A model generated the notes under the pieces. That model ran no database searches. It worked only from the letters and a program-made list of their open reading frames with translations, and had not been told where the DNA came from. The position numbers and the translations under genes are program-made. This document shows positions 30,376 to 43,600 of a stretch of 64,000 bases of DNA, piece by piece (within the stretch, counting starts at the first letter, position 1; every line of letters starts with the position of its first letter). Origin of the DNA: Oopsacas minuta (lineage: Eukaryota; Animalia; Porifera); NCBI GenBank assembly GCA_024704765.1, contig JAKMXF010000034.1:5257-69256 (forward strand), given 5' to 3'.

Positions 30376-33246
30376 ATGCCCTCAATGTTCCACAGAGGTA
30401 CAAAACAGACAAAAGGGGGTGCATACCAAGTAAGGATTACACATCTGGATAATACATTTCTCGATTACAGATTCGACAAATCTACAACTGGAAGCGAATG
30501 CTTACTATATGCAGCTTCCACATTCAAAATAAGTCAACATCATTATTTCTCATTAAAATTCAAATCACTTCGAGGGAGAAGAAGATGGTTGTACATGAAT
30601 AAAGCTATCAAGAAACAATTGGAAAAATACTCACTTGATGGTATGACTGATTGGTCCCTCACACTCGAAATTAAATTCTTCCCAATCTCTGTGCATCTAA
30701 TTGAAGACGAAGTTACACGGTATCTTTTCTATTTACAGCTCAAGATGGATATTCTGGACGGATGTTTACCTTGTACTGCAGATGAGGCGATTAAACTGGC
30801 CGCGTATTCAGTGCAAGCTGAGTGTGGAGATTATGATGAGAATAAACACTCTTTGACACAGCTACGAGAGCTAAATTTGTTACCAGAGAGACACTGTAAT
30901 ATTGGAGAGCTGAATAATTTACTGACTGAGATATCAAACAATCACAAGTTACATCAAGGATTAGGACCTAGCCTAGCTGAACAGAGTTATCTTAAGATTA
31001 CACAGAGTCTTAGCGAATATGGACAGGAAGGATTTGAAGTTGTAGACGATGCGGGTGATAAGTTGAGTATCGGAGCCTGTGCTGCTGGAATTTTCGTGAA
31101 GAATTTCATTGGAAAACCTCCTCTCTACATGAAATGGGAAGAGTTGAGACGAGTCACATGTAAAGATAAATATTTCGGGGTTGAATCACGGAAAGATAAA
31201 GAAACTATCCTCTTCAACACAACTGATGTAGATATTGCCAAATACATAATGTGGTGTATAAGTGAGCAGAACCAGTTCTTTCTTAAACAGTCACAAGAAG
31301 TGGTTAGTATGCGTGAAACACCTCCTCCAACTTCTAGACGAATGTACTCATCGGCATCTGAGGAATTTCTAAACATGGATAGAGTCAGGACATGTGACGT
31401 GTCTCCAGCTTCTTCCCCCCTACAACACGCTTCTTCTACTTTGAGCTTTCCTACTAACTACGCTAATACAGTTCTATCACGATACCATAGCGATCACAAT
31501 ATGAACTTTCCTGGTAGAGACACCAGTCCAAAGAAACAATCACAATTAGATATATTCGCTTCCAAGCAAACTCATCATGACTATAGTCCTATCAGAAGGG
31601 CTGATGTCTCTATTAACTCTACCTACCAGAAGCGTCCTCCTAGGATGGAGAAACGATACCCAGGAAGTTCTGGGAAGAATTCAGCTGATGACCAACCTCA
31701 TACTCCAATCAAACAATCTACCCGTATACCAATCGTAAGCATGTCTTCCCCAGTCCCAGTTCTACTCGGTTTCCGTAGACTCTCATGTGAAGAGCTCCCA
31801 CAAACCTCTAATGATTCTCAATACAGTCTCCCGAGTAGTCAACGGAGCTCTGGGAGTTTCAACCACATCTCATTCACCTCCAGTCCCGTACAAGATACCT
31901 CACCATCTGATAACGGTATGTCACGTCCTCTACCCTCTCCCTGTAACGTTATCTATGAACGTGATGAATTCTCAACTCGTAATACACATCCACTTAGTAA
32001 AAGAAATTCAAAAACTAATAATCCTATTAATAATTCAAATCACACACAAGTATCAAAATCTACTTCAGTGCCTTTTATTGATATAATTAATTCTTCTCCA
32101 GTAAAAACTAACAAGGATTCTAGCGGAACAACAAATATTCCCTCCAGGAGACATTCTCAACAAGATGGAGAACTGGGAAAGACAAGTGATACAGAAATTA
32201 CCAAAAATTATTCAAATACTTTGCCTAGTCAAAAACGAACTCAGACTAACATATTAAACGATATACATCCAGCTGATAATTACAAGCCTCCAGATACGAA
32301 GCTGTCCCTCCCTAGAAGGACATCTTCCTTAGCTCAGAGATCTATACCAGATGATCCTGTGAAATATTACAAGTTCCTTGCTTCTCTATTCAAACGCAAG
32401 CATGAGAGCTGGTGTACTGACGAGTTTTCTCATATTAAAGTTGAGAAACAATCTACTTCACATGCGAAAAAACCTGACAATATCAATAAAAATCGCAACA
32501 GATCAATCCTGCCTTACAATTCAACCAGAGTTAAACTTAATGTTATGAATAACGTCGAAGCTTCTGACTACATAAATGCTAGCCATGTGGTTTATATCAT
32601 AAAATCTCAGAATTACCATTTTATAGCAGCTCAAAGCCCAATGGCGCATACCTGTACTAATTTCTGGCAGATGATATGGGAAGAAGATGTTAGAGTAATC
32701 ACAATGCTGAATGAGGGGAACAAAGACGATGTACATCCTTCACATATATATTTCCCATCTTCTTCTACTCCTACGATAGATGACTACTTACAATTTGATC
32801 AATACAAAATATCTTTAAGATCCTATCAAGATAAAGGCTCATTTATATTCAGACAATTCTCTCTCAAACATATTCCTAGTGGAAAGAGTAAGGAAATTTG
32901 TCATCTCCAATTCTTAGAATGGATTGATGAAGATTCCCCTAAAAGTTATGACGGATTTCAATCATATTTGGATTATATTAAAGGTATAATTACTCAACAT
33001 AAAAGTCCACTCTTAGTGCATTGTAACTTGGGTATTGGTCCATCTGGTGTATTTATGCTCGTATATTTGCTACAAGAACATATTAAACTACAGGAAATTC
33101 TCCATGTACAGAATGTACTTGGTATTCTGTGTAGTCAGCGTATGGATATAATTGCTACTCAGGGTCAGTTTAAATTCGTATACTTTGCAATGTATAAATA
33201 CACACAATATCTGCTAACAATGGAGGAGAGACATACACTGATTTGA
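30376..33246 (+). CDS. FERM-domain non-receptor protein tyrosine phosphatase (PTPN14/21-like layout), intronless, probably catalytically impaired
   Basis: FERM N-terminus (LEIKFFP..TRYLFYLQLK.DIL.G.LPC..AAYSVQAECGDY..YGQE), S/P-rich linker, PTP domain (KNRNRSILPY, DYINAS, FWQMIWE, VHCNLGIGPSG). No PDZ domain seen. Confidence 0.88.
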   Translation: MPSMFHRGTKQTKGGAYQVRITHLDNTFLDYRFDKSTTGSECLLYAASTFKISQHHYFSLKFKSLRGRRRWLYMNKAIKKQLEKYSLDGMTDWSLTLEIKFFPISVHLIEDEVTRYLFYLQLKMDILDGCLPCTADEAIKLAAYSVQAECGDYDENKHSLTQLRELNLLPERHCNIGELNNLLTEISNNHKLHQGLGPSLAEQSYLKITQSLSEYGQEGFEVVDDAGDKLSIGACAAGIFVKNFIGKPPLYMKWEELRRVTCKDKYFGVESRKDKETILFNTTDVDIAKYIMWCISEQNQFFLKQSQEVVSMRETPPPTSRRMYSSASEEFLNMDRVRTCDVSPASSPLQHASSTLSFPTNYANTVLSRYHSDHNMNFPGRDTSPKKQSQLDIFASKQTHHDYSPIRRADVSINSTYQKRPPRMEKRYPGSSGKNSADDQPHTPIKQSTRIPIVSMSSPVPVLLGFRRLSCEELPQTSNDSQYSLPSSQRSSGSFNHISFTSSPVQDTSPSDNGMSRPLPSPCNVIYERDEFSTRNTHPLSKRNSKTNNPINNSNHTQVSKSTSVPFIDIINSSPVKTNKDSSGTTNIPSRRHSQQDGELGKTSDTEITKNYSNTLPSQKRTQTNILNDIHPADNYKPPDTKLSLPRRTSSLAQRSIPDDPVKYYKFLASLFKRKHESWCTDEFSHIKVEKQSTSHAKKPDNINKNRNRSILPYNSTRVKLNVMNNVEASDYINASHVVYIIKSQNYHFIAAQSPMAHTCTNFWQMIWEEDVRVITMLNEGNKDDVHPSHIYFPSSSTPTIDDYLQFDQYKISLRSYQDKGSFIFRQFSLKHIPSGKSKEICHLQFLEWIDEDSPKSYDGFQSYLDYIKGIITQHKSPLLVHCNLGIGPSGVFMLVYLLQEHIKLQEILHVQNVLGILCSQRMDIIATQGQFKFVYFAMYKYTQYLLTMEERHTLI

Positions 33247-34181
33247 ATGAAGATAATTTCTTTTGTATATACTAACTGGATAACTTAATGTGTGTGTATT
33301 GCTATCTACATACATGATGTGTGTTATATTTTATTTAAATTCCTTTTGTGACTTTAACTTTCTATTTTTGTGATATTTAATTATTGACTTTTTCATAAGT
33401 GAGTGATGATAGTATTAGATTCTACTTTAATCCTGATACTTAATACAATAGCTAGTATATACAGTCAAACCTGCTTAACGGCCACCTCTGTTCAACTGTC
33501 ACTTGCATATTGTTGCCACCTTAAACAGTTCCTCCGATTTTCTATAATCTTACCTCTGATAGCGGGCGCCTGCTCAACGCGGCCAGCAACCACTATTTTG
33601 GTCTCTTCCTGATGCTAAACATGTCTATAACGGTCATTTTCTTTCGCTAATGGCCATTTTATATAGCAACCACCTTCCATAAAGTATCCTATATTCGTAT
33701 TAACCGTGTTCGTATTAACGAGATGTATCCTGCTTGTATTGAATATCCAAATAGAAAACAATTACTAATAATTTTGGTTACTATATATATTCTCCCGAAC
33801 TACCAATATATTTAATCCGCTGTTATTAATGAATCAGTCCGGACTGGACCGATCTTTTTACATTTTGAATGCACCGATACAACTGTAGTAACCATCATTA
33901 ACTACTTTCACTGAAACACCTTAAATATCAGTCACTTGTTTTCATGGCCAATCTTTATAAGGATTTCAAGATAATACTAAATTTGTGTAGAACTGCCAAC
34001 CTCCATATAGCCGACACCTATACATAACGGACAGTCTTGCAACCTCTGGCGAGTGCCTTCTATAACCGTTATAAACAACTTCGACTGTATTACATTTCGA
34101 AAGGTTATCCAATATATATTTGAAATCTCAATTTTCTTATTCTGTATTTAGGAATATTTTTGACGATAGCAATTTCTACTA

Positions 34182-35410
34182 ATGGCGAAAGTTAACATTC
34201 CTTCTGATGAATTGAATTTTAAAAATCAGCTGGCTAAGGTTAAAATGGAAATTGGAACTCGTTTTAGAGAATTATTTGAAATTTTGAAAGAAAGAGAAAA
34301 AGAACTCTTAAGGAAGTTAGAAGAGATAGAAACTAATCACAAGTTTGAGACAGACAAGCAGAAACAAATTCTTTCAGAATTAAATTTATCTATAAAGGAA
34401 ATGCAAAAGAGGTTTACCAATGAATTTCTAAAAGATATTCAGAGTGAAATTATTAAACAGATAAACGATAAACAAAAAGAGATAGAATCTGAGTTGAAAT
34501 CCCAACTTATTTCATTTGGATTTAATAATACACTATTCGATAGAATTAGTGGATTTGGTAAGATTAGTGTTGTTAATTCAAGTTATTCATGTCTACCAGT
34601 TATAGATTATAAAGGTAAAGTGAAACCAGTAGTGAGTGTAGGTACTAGAGGTAGTGGTGAAGGACAATTCAGGAATCCATACGGTATAGCAGTCGATTAC
34701 AGAGCAGATAACATCTAGTAGCAGATCAGTGGAACAACAGAGTACAGGTATTCAGTAAAGATGGTAAATTCTTGTTTCTATTTGGTGCTGATAAGATGAA
34801 GTATCCTCTCTGTATTACTATTGATAAAGAGAGAGTATTTGTGAGTCAGAATGAAGCAGGTTGTTTGTTGATATTTGATTTGAAAGGAAATTTTATCAAA
34901 CAAATAGGTACTCGAGGTAGTGGAAAAGGACAATTCAATAGTCCTTATGGTATTGCTATCAGTATAGATAATGGAGATATTTATGTATGTGATCACTCTA
35001 ACAACAGAATACAAATATTCTCACAAGATTATTCTTACAAATCTCAGTTTGGAATTGGTATAGTCGAATCTCCAGTAGACATACAACTGACCAAAGATAC
35101 TATATTTGTATTGTCTAATTATAAACCCTTTCTCTACTCTTTCAACTATAATCTTAATCAAGTACAGAATACTGTATGTGATTCTATTAACAAACATTTG
35201 AATCGTCCGCATTCATTCAAGATTGATGGAGCTGGTAATTTCATTATTTCGGATAATAGCAGTGATAATGTTATTATATTTGATAATACAGGGCAATTAC
35301 TTCATAAACTTACTGACTCACTATCAGGACCCATTGGAGTTGATCTGAACTCAAATGGAGGAATTATTGTTGTCAATCGTGGCAAACATTGTCTTCTGAT
35401 GTTTAATTGA
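34182..35410 (+). pseudogene. Coiled-coil + NHL-repeat gene broken by a 1-nt deletion at ~34717 (pseudogene or sequence error)
   Basis: aac atc ta(-) gta gca gat cag tgg aac aac aga gta cag: restoring one base gives DNIYVADQWNNRVQVF and joins ORFs 34182-34718 and 34772-35410. Confidence 0.75.
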
Positions 35411-36426
35411 TTTGTTGTACCAGTTTACTATTTTAACTTCTAAGTATTATTCCTGCTTCTTGTTAGCTAGTTACATTCTTCTAGTTTCTTACCGTTACAA
35501 ATATTGTGTATTTATATAATCAAAGTCTTTCTTAACCGAATACGGTCTAGAAGATCTAAAATTTTTGACGTCAAAAAGGTGTTACAATCTCGTTTTTTGT
35601 ACGGGAATTGGTTAAAACGAATTGTTAGTTTGTGGTTGACTAAGTGAGAGATTACTATAATGATAATATTCAAGATTTGTATAAAGACTATATTAAAGCC
35701 ATAACACTACATTTTGATAAGATATTCTCATTAACAATTCTCATTCACGATCACAGCCAACTTAATAGAATCAATATTCTGGTAATCCCAATGCTCCAAT
35801 TATATATAATACCTGAGCTAGGATATGTTTATAAGTTGTTACTGCCAGACTCGTACCCGCCACTTGTTAGATAACTTGTGTTATTATATTTTTCTGAGTG
35901 AGCGAGCGAACAACAATTATTTCATTGACGTATGAAGCTTGTAGAACTTTGTGCCTCTGAGCAGCAAATAGCCAAATGAAATTGTTTCTGTAAAATTGGT
36001 GCTGCCAAGCGCTAGGTAGGAATATAGTCCTAGAAAACCAGTGGGGTGATGTTCACTAGGTAATATCCATGGTTCAGAAGAACTAGGTAGGAAACTCTGA
36101 ATATTTCTTATTTTTCCAATACATTTGTCTAACAATAATTATTGGGGGATGGTGTCCTTGGTATCCCCCTCCACTATGCCCCTGCTTCCAGGCAAAGACC
36201 ACCCCAGCAGACTAGGGTTAACCGACCAGTTTAGTGGAAAGTGGGGGTATCACACCCATCCCCGCCAGCAAGTCACGCACCTGTATACAGCTATTAGTAT
36301 ATCTATACATTAGAGTAGGCATAGTACCGGATTTAGGAGTGTTCGGAGTGTGCGGCCGAACAGGGCCCCACAACTCAACGTCATTAATTTTATACACACT
36401 GTAATTCTACTTTAATCACTAGAAAT

Positions 36427-36800
36427 CTCCTACATACTGATTAGGTACTAGTCATGGGGGTTTAAAGGTTAATACACAAATATGTCTTTCCTCCACAGTT
36501 GAAATTACTTGATATCCTAGTGATCTTATATTGAATTACACGTTAAGTTTAGGCAAAATCAAATAATAGCAAGCCATAAATAGACGGCTTCGTTAATAAC
36601 ATATCGTTAATTCAACGTTATTCCTCTTGCAAAAACACACAGGAAATTCTGAGAAAAATCGATTTTTTGGTGAGTTTACAGTTTACACCATAAATTCTAT
36701 AATATTCATTATAGATAATTATTTGATAGATATTGATAAATAAGAAACATCATTTTAGGGTGAACCCAGTTTCTTTTTGGTGATTTTAATGATATATAAT
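36427..36800. repeat. Upstream region of receptor gene A, duplicated in inverted orientation at 58108-58480
   Basis: tacatactgattaggtactagtcatgggggtttaaagg...gggtgaacccagtttcttttt matches the reverse complement of 58108-58480. Confidence 0.85.
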
Positions 36801-37684
36801 GTACTTGTACGTATAAGGATATTAGATTATTTAAAAAATAGCAAGTGACACAATAGCACGTGTTGAATAGCGACGCCAGTGCTAAGTAGTCCGAAATAAC
36901 TGCTCATATTTCCAACCAGTATGAAGAGAAAACCGGGAGGGAATGCATTATATTAACGCGACATAGCATATTAACATTACGTAGTTTGTCTACTCAAAAG
37001 CGTGACAATTCAACTATTTAGCACGATTTAGCGGGACAAAACCCTAAGGCATGGCCCAGAATTAGGACGTCCCGCCATAGGAGGGACAGTTGGTAATTAG
37101 ACCACGTTTTTAAATTTGAAAGATGGTTAAATAGTCTCAAGGGTGTGCAGAATTTCACCCAACAATCCTTTCTATATTTGTTACCTAGACATCCTAAATC
37201 AACAAAAAACTGTCAGCATATCGCAGTATTTCAAATTTTGTCGTGCTAGTTAGTATGATTGAAAGTTAACATCTCGTGAGATGTTGGGTACAAAAAGATG
37301 GTGTGAAGTTTAGTTATTATCTAATGGAATGACAGCATATTTGTCTGTATAAATTTTGAATTTTTCAGGCTCCGTACTTTTCCATGGGAAAATATTCGAT
37401 CCCTGAATTTCCACTATGTACCAGAGATACACGTTATTTTAACATGCATCACTAAAATCAGCCAAACTTTCATATTTGCACATTTTAGGCATATTTCAAG
37501 ACTATTCTAGTGATGGATGTTAAGGTCCAGTTTATTCGCTGGTAAATGGTGGAATTTTAAGGAATCGAATATCTTCCCGTGGAAAATTATGTAGCTTTAA
37601 ATAAAAACTACTTTCACAATATTGCGCATTTAGGTAAAGCAAAAGAAAAGAAAAAAAGAGGCTCATAGCTATTACAGAAATGAA

Positions 37685-40600
37685 ATGTTTTCCTTAATAT
37701 CACGACAACTTTCATATCTGGTACTCTTAGCCTTGCTCGTATGTTCGCTACATGCTGCCATAGAGCTTTCGTTCTTCAACGACATCCCTAATACTCCACA
37801 GGAAACCATCGTATTCGCATCTGATTCGTTGTTCTATACAGGGGGCCTAGCGCATATTGACGAATTTATCTGCACATCAGATAGTCCTAGTACAGAAACT
37901 GTATTGTGGTTTGATGCTAGAGGTAATGAGGTTAGTATAGGTGATGGTAGTGGTACGAGTTTGTATTGGACGGGGACCACTAGTAACAAAACACTACACA
38001 CATCTGATAGTTCCGGTAATAACTTGATTGATGTGGAAAATCAGGGGAATAACTTCACTTGTAGGGTTGATGAGACTAGTGAGGAGAAAGTATTGGGAAT
38101 ATATTGGGTAAGGTCAATACTTGACGCAGATGGTGAGGTAAACAATCAACTAGAAGGAATGAGAATATATACCAAAGATGACCCTCCCAAGATCTCAGAA
38201 TTTACACTTCAAAGAGGCTTCTTCGATTTGGATTTCTCTAAGCAATACAAAGTACAGTCATTGATTGGATCTACTTCTATAACAATCTCTCCAGCCCCCA
38301 TAGAACCTGCTATCATACCTCCTGAATCGATAATAGATAATGTAACATTCTCAAATAGTAGATATTGTCACTTCATCGGTACAAGTTCAAACGACTTTCT
38401 ATACACAACTCTATTCAATGGGGATTTCATCCCTAGCACTTCACCTGTACTCAGTTTACCACAGTTCGGTGGAGCAACATGCATAGAAAACGGTAAACAA
38501 ACTTCATCATTTCTAGGAGATATCATACCAAATCTAAGATTTATTTGTCCTCTCGTGTTCAATGGTAACTTCATAAACATAGATAACCTTAATTTACTCA
38601 CAGAAAATGAGATTGTAGCTAGTTCACCTCCAGAACTACCACAAATCAATGGAAGGAGACTTTGGGTTGACTTTGTCAGCTCTATGAGTATAAGTCTGAG
38701 ATACGATAGGGAATATGTGTGTGAAGACATGTACGGTACAAGATTAAGTTTCAATTTACGAGTTAAGGGAAATTATCCTTTAGAAATACTAGTATCTGAT
38801 CTAGCTAATGATGGTATACTTGTTGGAACTAACTATATCAATACAGAGATCCCTGAAATACTCTACTGCTTAGCTGAAACAGATAACACACCTATTACAT
38901 GGCTAAGTGAAACCACCGCAGATTATACTGCCTCTGTTTCCGCATTAGAAGTTACTAATCGCACATCTATCATCCCTTACAGAATTACGCCTCGTGCAGG
39001 TAGAAGTGATATGTTCCTAAACTCAACAATAGCATTAGATAGGGAAGGTTATTACACGTGTAGTGATGGAGGTACAAATGATATCAGAGTGGGGATATTC
39101 TCACTTAACCCTGAAGCTCCAATTGCTTTGGTTACACCTTCTGAGTCATCCCAGAATATCAGCATTATCAATCCAATAAACATAACGTGTGGTGTAGTGA
39201 ATAATTCAACTCATCCTCCTCCAATTTTCTTCTGGACAGGACCACGCACTTCTTCCACCGGCCTCCTTGACACAACTGGATTCCAAGAGACAGATTCTGG
39301 TGATTACACTTGTCATTCCAGTAATGTAGTAGGAGGTAGTAATGTTACTATCAGTATCCTGATAGTAGTACCACCTCCCATGCTTGTTGCGACCACAGAT
39401 ATTCCTGAATATTACTTCAAAGATGACAAAATACAATTATTTTGTAACTTCAGTATTGCACCTAACCTTGAGTCCATCATAACTATTTCATGGTATATGG
39501 ATTCTATACTCATCATGAATAACAGTAACGGATTCCACATTTCAGAAACTACTTTAGGAGAGCCATGGAATTATCAGAGTGTTTTGTGTTTGTCCAGTGC
39601 TATACCTTCTAATACTGGACAGTACACTTGCAGTGCAACTGTCGGTCGCAGTAATACTACCACATCTCCTCCGTTTAACATTGAAATAGAGGCAGCCTAC
39701 TTGCCTGATGCTGCGGTGATACAATTCAATAGGATCGGCCCTATTTCAGCACATATTAGTTGGACTGCCACTAACAGAACTAGACTAACTCCTGAGATAT
39801 ATGTTGTTTCGTATTGCCAGTTACCTGCATGTGACAGCTACATTGAATCTGCACCATTATCTGCAACCTATTTCTTTATAAGCGAGATAATTGTTGAAAC
39901 TAACTACTCAGTTCGTGTTGATGCTACTAATCGCTATGGGTCTGTTGTGGGTGCATCGCGAAATTTCACAACCTTGTTTGACAGGACCCTGTACTTTTAT
40001 GATGTGAATAGAGAGGCTCCTTCTACGACATCCAATAAAACATACTTCGCTAGTGGATCGGTATTCAGAGGAGGTGATATTGATTATATCTTGTTCCTAG
40101 TCCAGGATTTCTACTGTGTACCACAGAATCCAACGACTGATATCATTACATGGTATGCACCTGATGGAGAGCTCGTAACACAGGGCTTTGTAGCTGACTC
40201 ATTCTTTTACACAGTAGATGCAAATGGAGAGAGTACATTGTATTTGAATAATGCTCTGACAGCAAGCAATGATGGTAGGAACTTTACTTGTCGAATCAAT
40301 TCGAATGGATTCCTATTTGATTACTACTTCGGTGTATACTTCATATTAGATGTATATACTACACGATCGTTTGGTGGGAATAGGTTATTCAGTAAAGATA
40401 ATCCTCCTGTTGTGAGAGAGTTTGTAGCACAAAGAGGTAGCTTTGATATTGACCTCACCCAAACATATGACGTAGAATCTCTACAGTCTCCTTCATATCC
40501 CTCATTCGATTGGACATTTGTACCTAGTTTAGCATCACCTGTAACAGTACCTGATATGAATATTCTTACCGATGCTCTGTTCAATGACACGAGTACTTGC

Positions 40601-43600
40601 CAATTAGGATATTCTTCAATTTCTGGCGATTTTTTCAGCTTTTCGGATAAACAATTTGTCATTCAAACTCCAGTTGGCAATTTTACAGACGGACCTCCTC
40701 TTATTGGATCTGCTTGTATTGAGGATAATACAATAGCTTATGTGTTTACGATTGGTTCAGGAGTTGACATTGCAGTAGTATGCCCATTGTTGTATGGCGC
40801 TAGTTTCCTTGATATTTCTCCTACTCAATTCATACAGTACGAATACATATTGAATGATTTTGGAAATAACTCAAGGAGATTGTTAGTTGACCCTGCACGA
40901 ACAAGCGCTGTGATAGCACATGAGAGATCTTATGTTTGTCAAGACAGATACGGAACTCGCTCTACGTTTGGAGCTAGGGTTGATGCCATTACTGAACTTC
41001 AAGTATTCGACAGTGACACTACCACAATACCAGTTTCTAACAATGGAATGCACATAACAAATCAAATTACTCTCTATTGTCTGTCTAATAGCAATCTGTT
41101 AGAAATAGAATGGTATTTCAATACTAATCCAAATAGTTCTGAAGTAACATACACTCTGGTATCAAATGACAGCATGCTACAGCCATATGTCAGCAATCCT
41201 CGAGCCGGGAGAAGTGATTTGATTGTGTCAACAAAATTGCCTTCAAACAGACAGGGATATTTCTACTGCAGAGATTCAATGGATCGAATGTTAAACTACA
41301 GTATCTTTTCTCAGACGCCTGTTAGTCCGGTAGCAGTTATATCACTAGATGTCGCCCAAATACAAGTTATCATAGGAATTGATCAACTATTGGTTTGTGG
41401 GTTCAGCAATTCACCACATCCTAACAATACTATCTCGTATTGGGAAGGTACCACTAGTGATTCTATGAATACTATTCTGCTATTAGAAATGAACTCACAA
41501 GTATTCACCTGTATAAGTTCTAATGTATTCGGACAGTCGACTGCTACTATAGAAATTACTGTAATTCCACCTGCTCCACAGGAAATCAGCTCATCTCTGA
41601 CAACAGAAGGAGACATATTCATTACAGATACAGTTGAGATAGTTTGTGAATTCTCGACTTTACAAAATGTGACTTCATCAATCTTAATTCAATGGTACCA
41701 CAATAACTCACTGAGCGTAGAAACAGGAATTACCACTGTTAATGGTCGTAGTACACTCATAGTCTCCGGTGCAAATGTTTCTCATTCTGGAGATTATCAC
41801 TGTGTAGCTACAGTTGGAGGTAGTCTTCCTACTAACTCATCTCCCATACAAGTTACTGTCTATGATGCTTATGCTCCTGATGTTATTTCACTAACTCTGA
41901 GTTCTATCACAGTATTTACTGCAGTAGTTTCATGGAGTGGTACCATTAGGGATCCCGAACTGCCAGAAACATACTCTATAGCATTTAGCAGAGTAGGAAG
42001 TAGTGAAAAGGTCATCCACACAGCACCCATGGGGTCTACTACACTCAAAAAAAGTGAGCTTCTCCCTAACAGTGAATACGAAGTGCATCTCAATGCTACA
42101 AACCGATTCTTCACTACACAGGGATCTACTGCATTATTTAAGACATCAATTCTCAGATTGTACTTCATGAAAGGAAATGAAATAATACCAATTGGTGCAG
42201 GTTCTATTTTCAGAGGAGGAATCGGATCCCGTATATTTGACTATGTAAGCGAGTATCATTGTTTTCCCGACAGTCCTGAACAAGTCATTACTTGGTATCA
42301 GCCAAATGGTGATGTTATTCCTCCTGGCAGCTCTTTTAACACAGGATTTTACCATATACGCAATAGCACCACTGGGAAGAGTGTGTTCTACCCGAATGAT
42401 GCTGTGTCTTTTGAGAATGAGGGGAATAACTACACTTGTAGTTTTATGGGAAATTCTGGTGAGATTGTCAGGTCTCAATTTGGTATATACTACACGAAGG
42501 CTTTCTTTACTTTTACTGCCCGCGGTATGAGACTATATGGCCCAGAAGATCTGATTTATGAATTCGTTTGGCAGAGAGGAGTGTTTGATTTTAATTTTAC
42601 ACAAAATTACACCATTGAGTGCTTGAGAGATACATTGGCTCAAAAAGATCATTGGTTATTTGCACCATCTTCCAATACAAATACAGAGACATTAAACGTA
42701 ACATTATATGATGTCCAATTTGATCCTACTGCAACATGCCAGTATGCTAGGTGTGCTCCGTTTAGTCAATTCATTGCATTCTCAGACAAACCATTCTTTA
42801 TTGAAACGACTATTCCTGTGGCTGAGGTTACAGTAGTTTTAAAACGCTGTTTAGCAAACAATTACGAATTCAATTTCCAAATCGGAGACTCTATTGATAT
42901 CCGTGTTACATGTCCATTGGTATTCGGCGCTCGTTTCCTAGACATTGGTAGCGATATAACTTTGATACAAAATGAATACACTACAGACAACCCAAGGAGA
43001 CTATATTTTGATCCTGTCACAATAGCTACACTGCAACAAGATAGAGAATTCGTATGTGAGGATATGTATGGTGTAAGAGCATCATTCAGGGTGATAGTCA
43101 ATGGAGTTAATGACATACAGGTGTTTGCTAGTGCAAATTCTACCGTTCCTGAAACTAACGATACCAATCTTATAGGCGAATCCAACATCCCTGATTCTTT
43201 GTTCTGCATTACAGGAGACGCGAGTAACGCTGCTAACTGGTATGTAGATTCTAATCCTAATCGTAATACGGCAGAATCTGGAATAGCTGTGACAGCTGAT
43301 TCAACACAACTGCCTTATGTTCTATCACCACGAACTGGTAGAAGTGATCTTGTTCTCAGCGGAACAATTAGAGATGAAGCTGAAGGGTATTATTCCTGCG
43401 TAACAAATCCACAAATTACCTTAGGCATATTCCTTGAACAACCTATAGCTCCTGAAGCAGTAATCACAGGAAATGAAGAGTCCATAGAAGTCGTCATCGG
43501 CATCACTACACCAATACTAGTATGTGATAAAAATAACAGTCCATATCCTAATCCCATATATTTCTGGACAGGAAGTGTGAACTCATTCACATATATGCTG

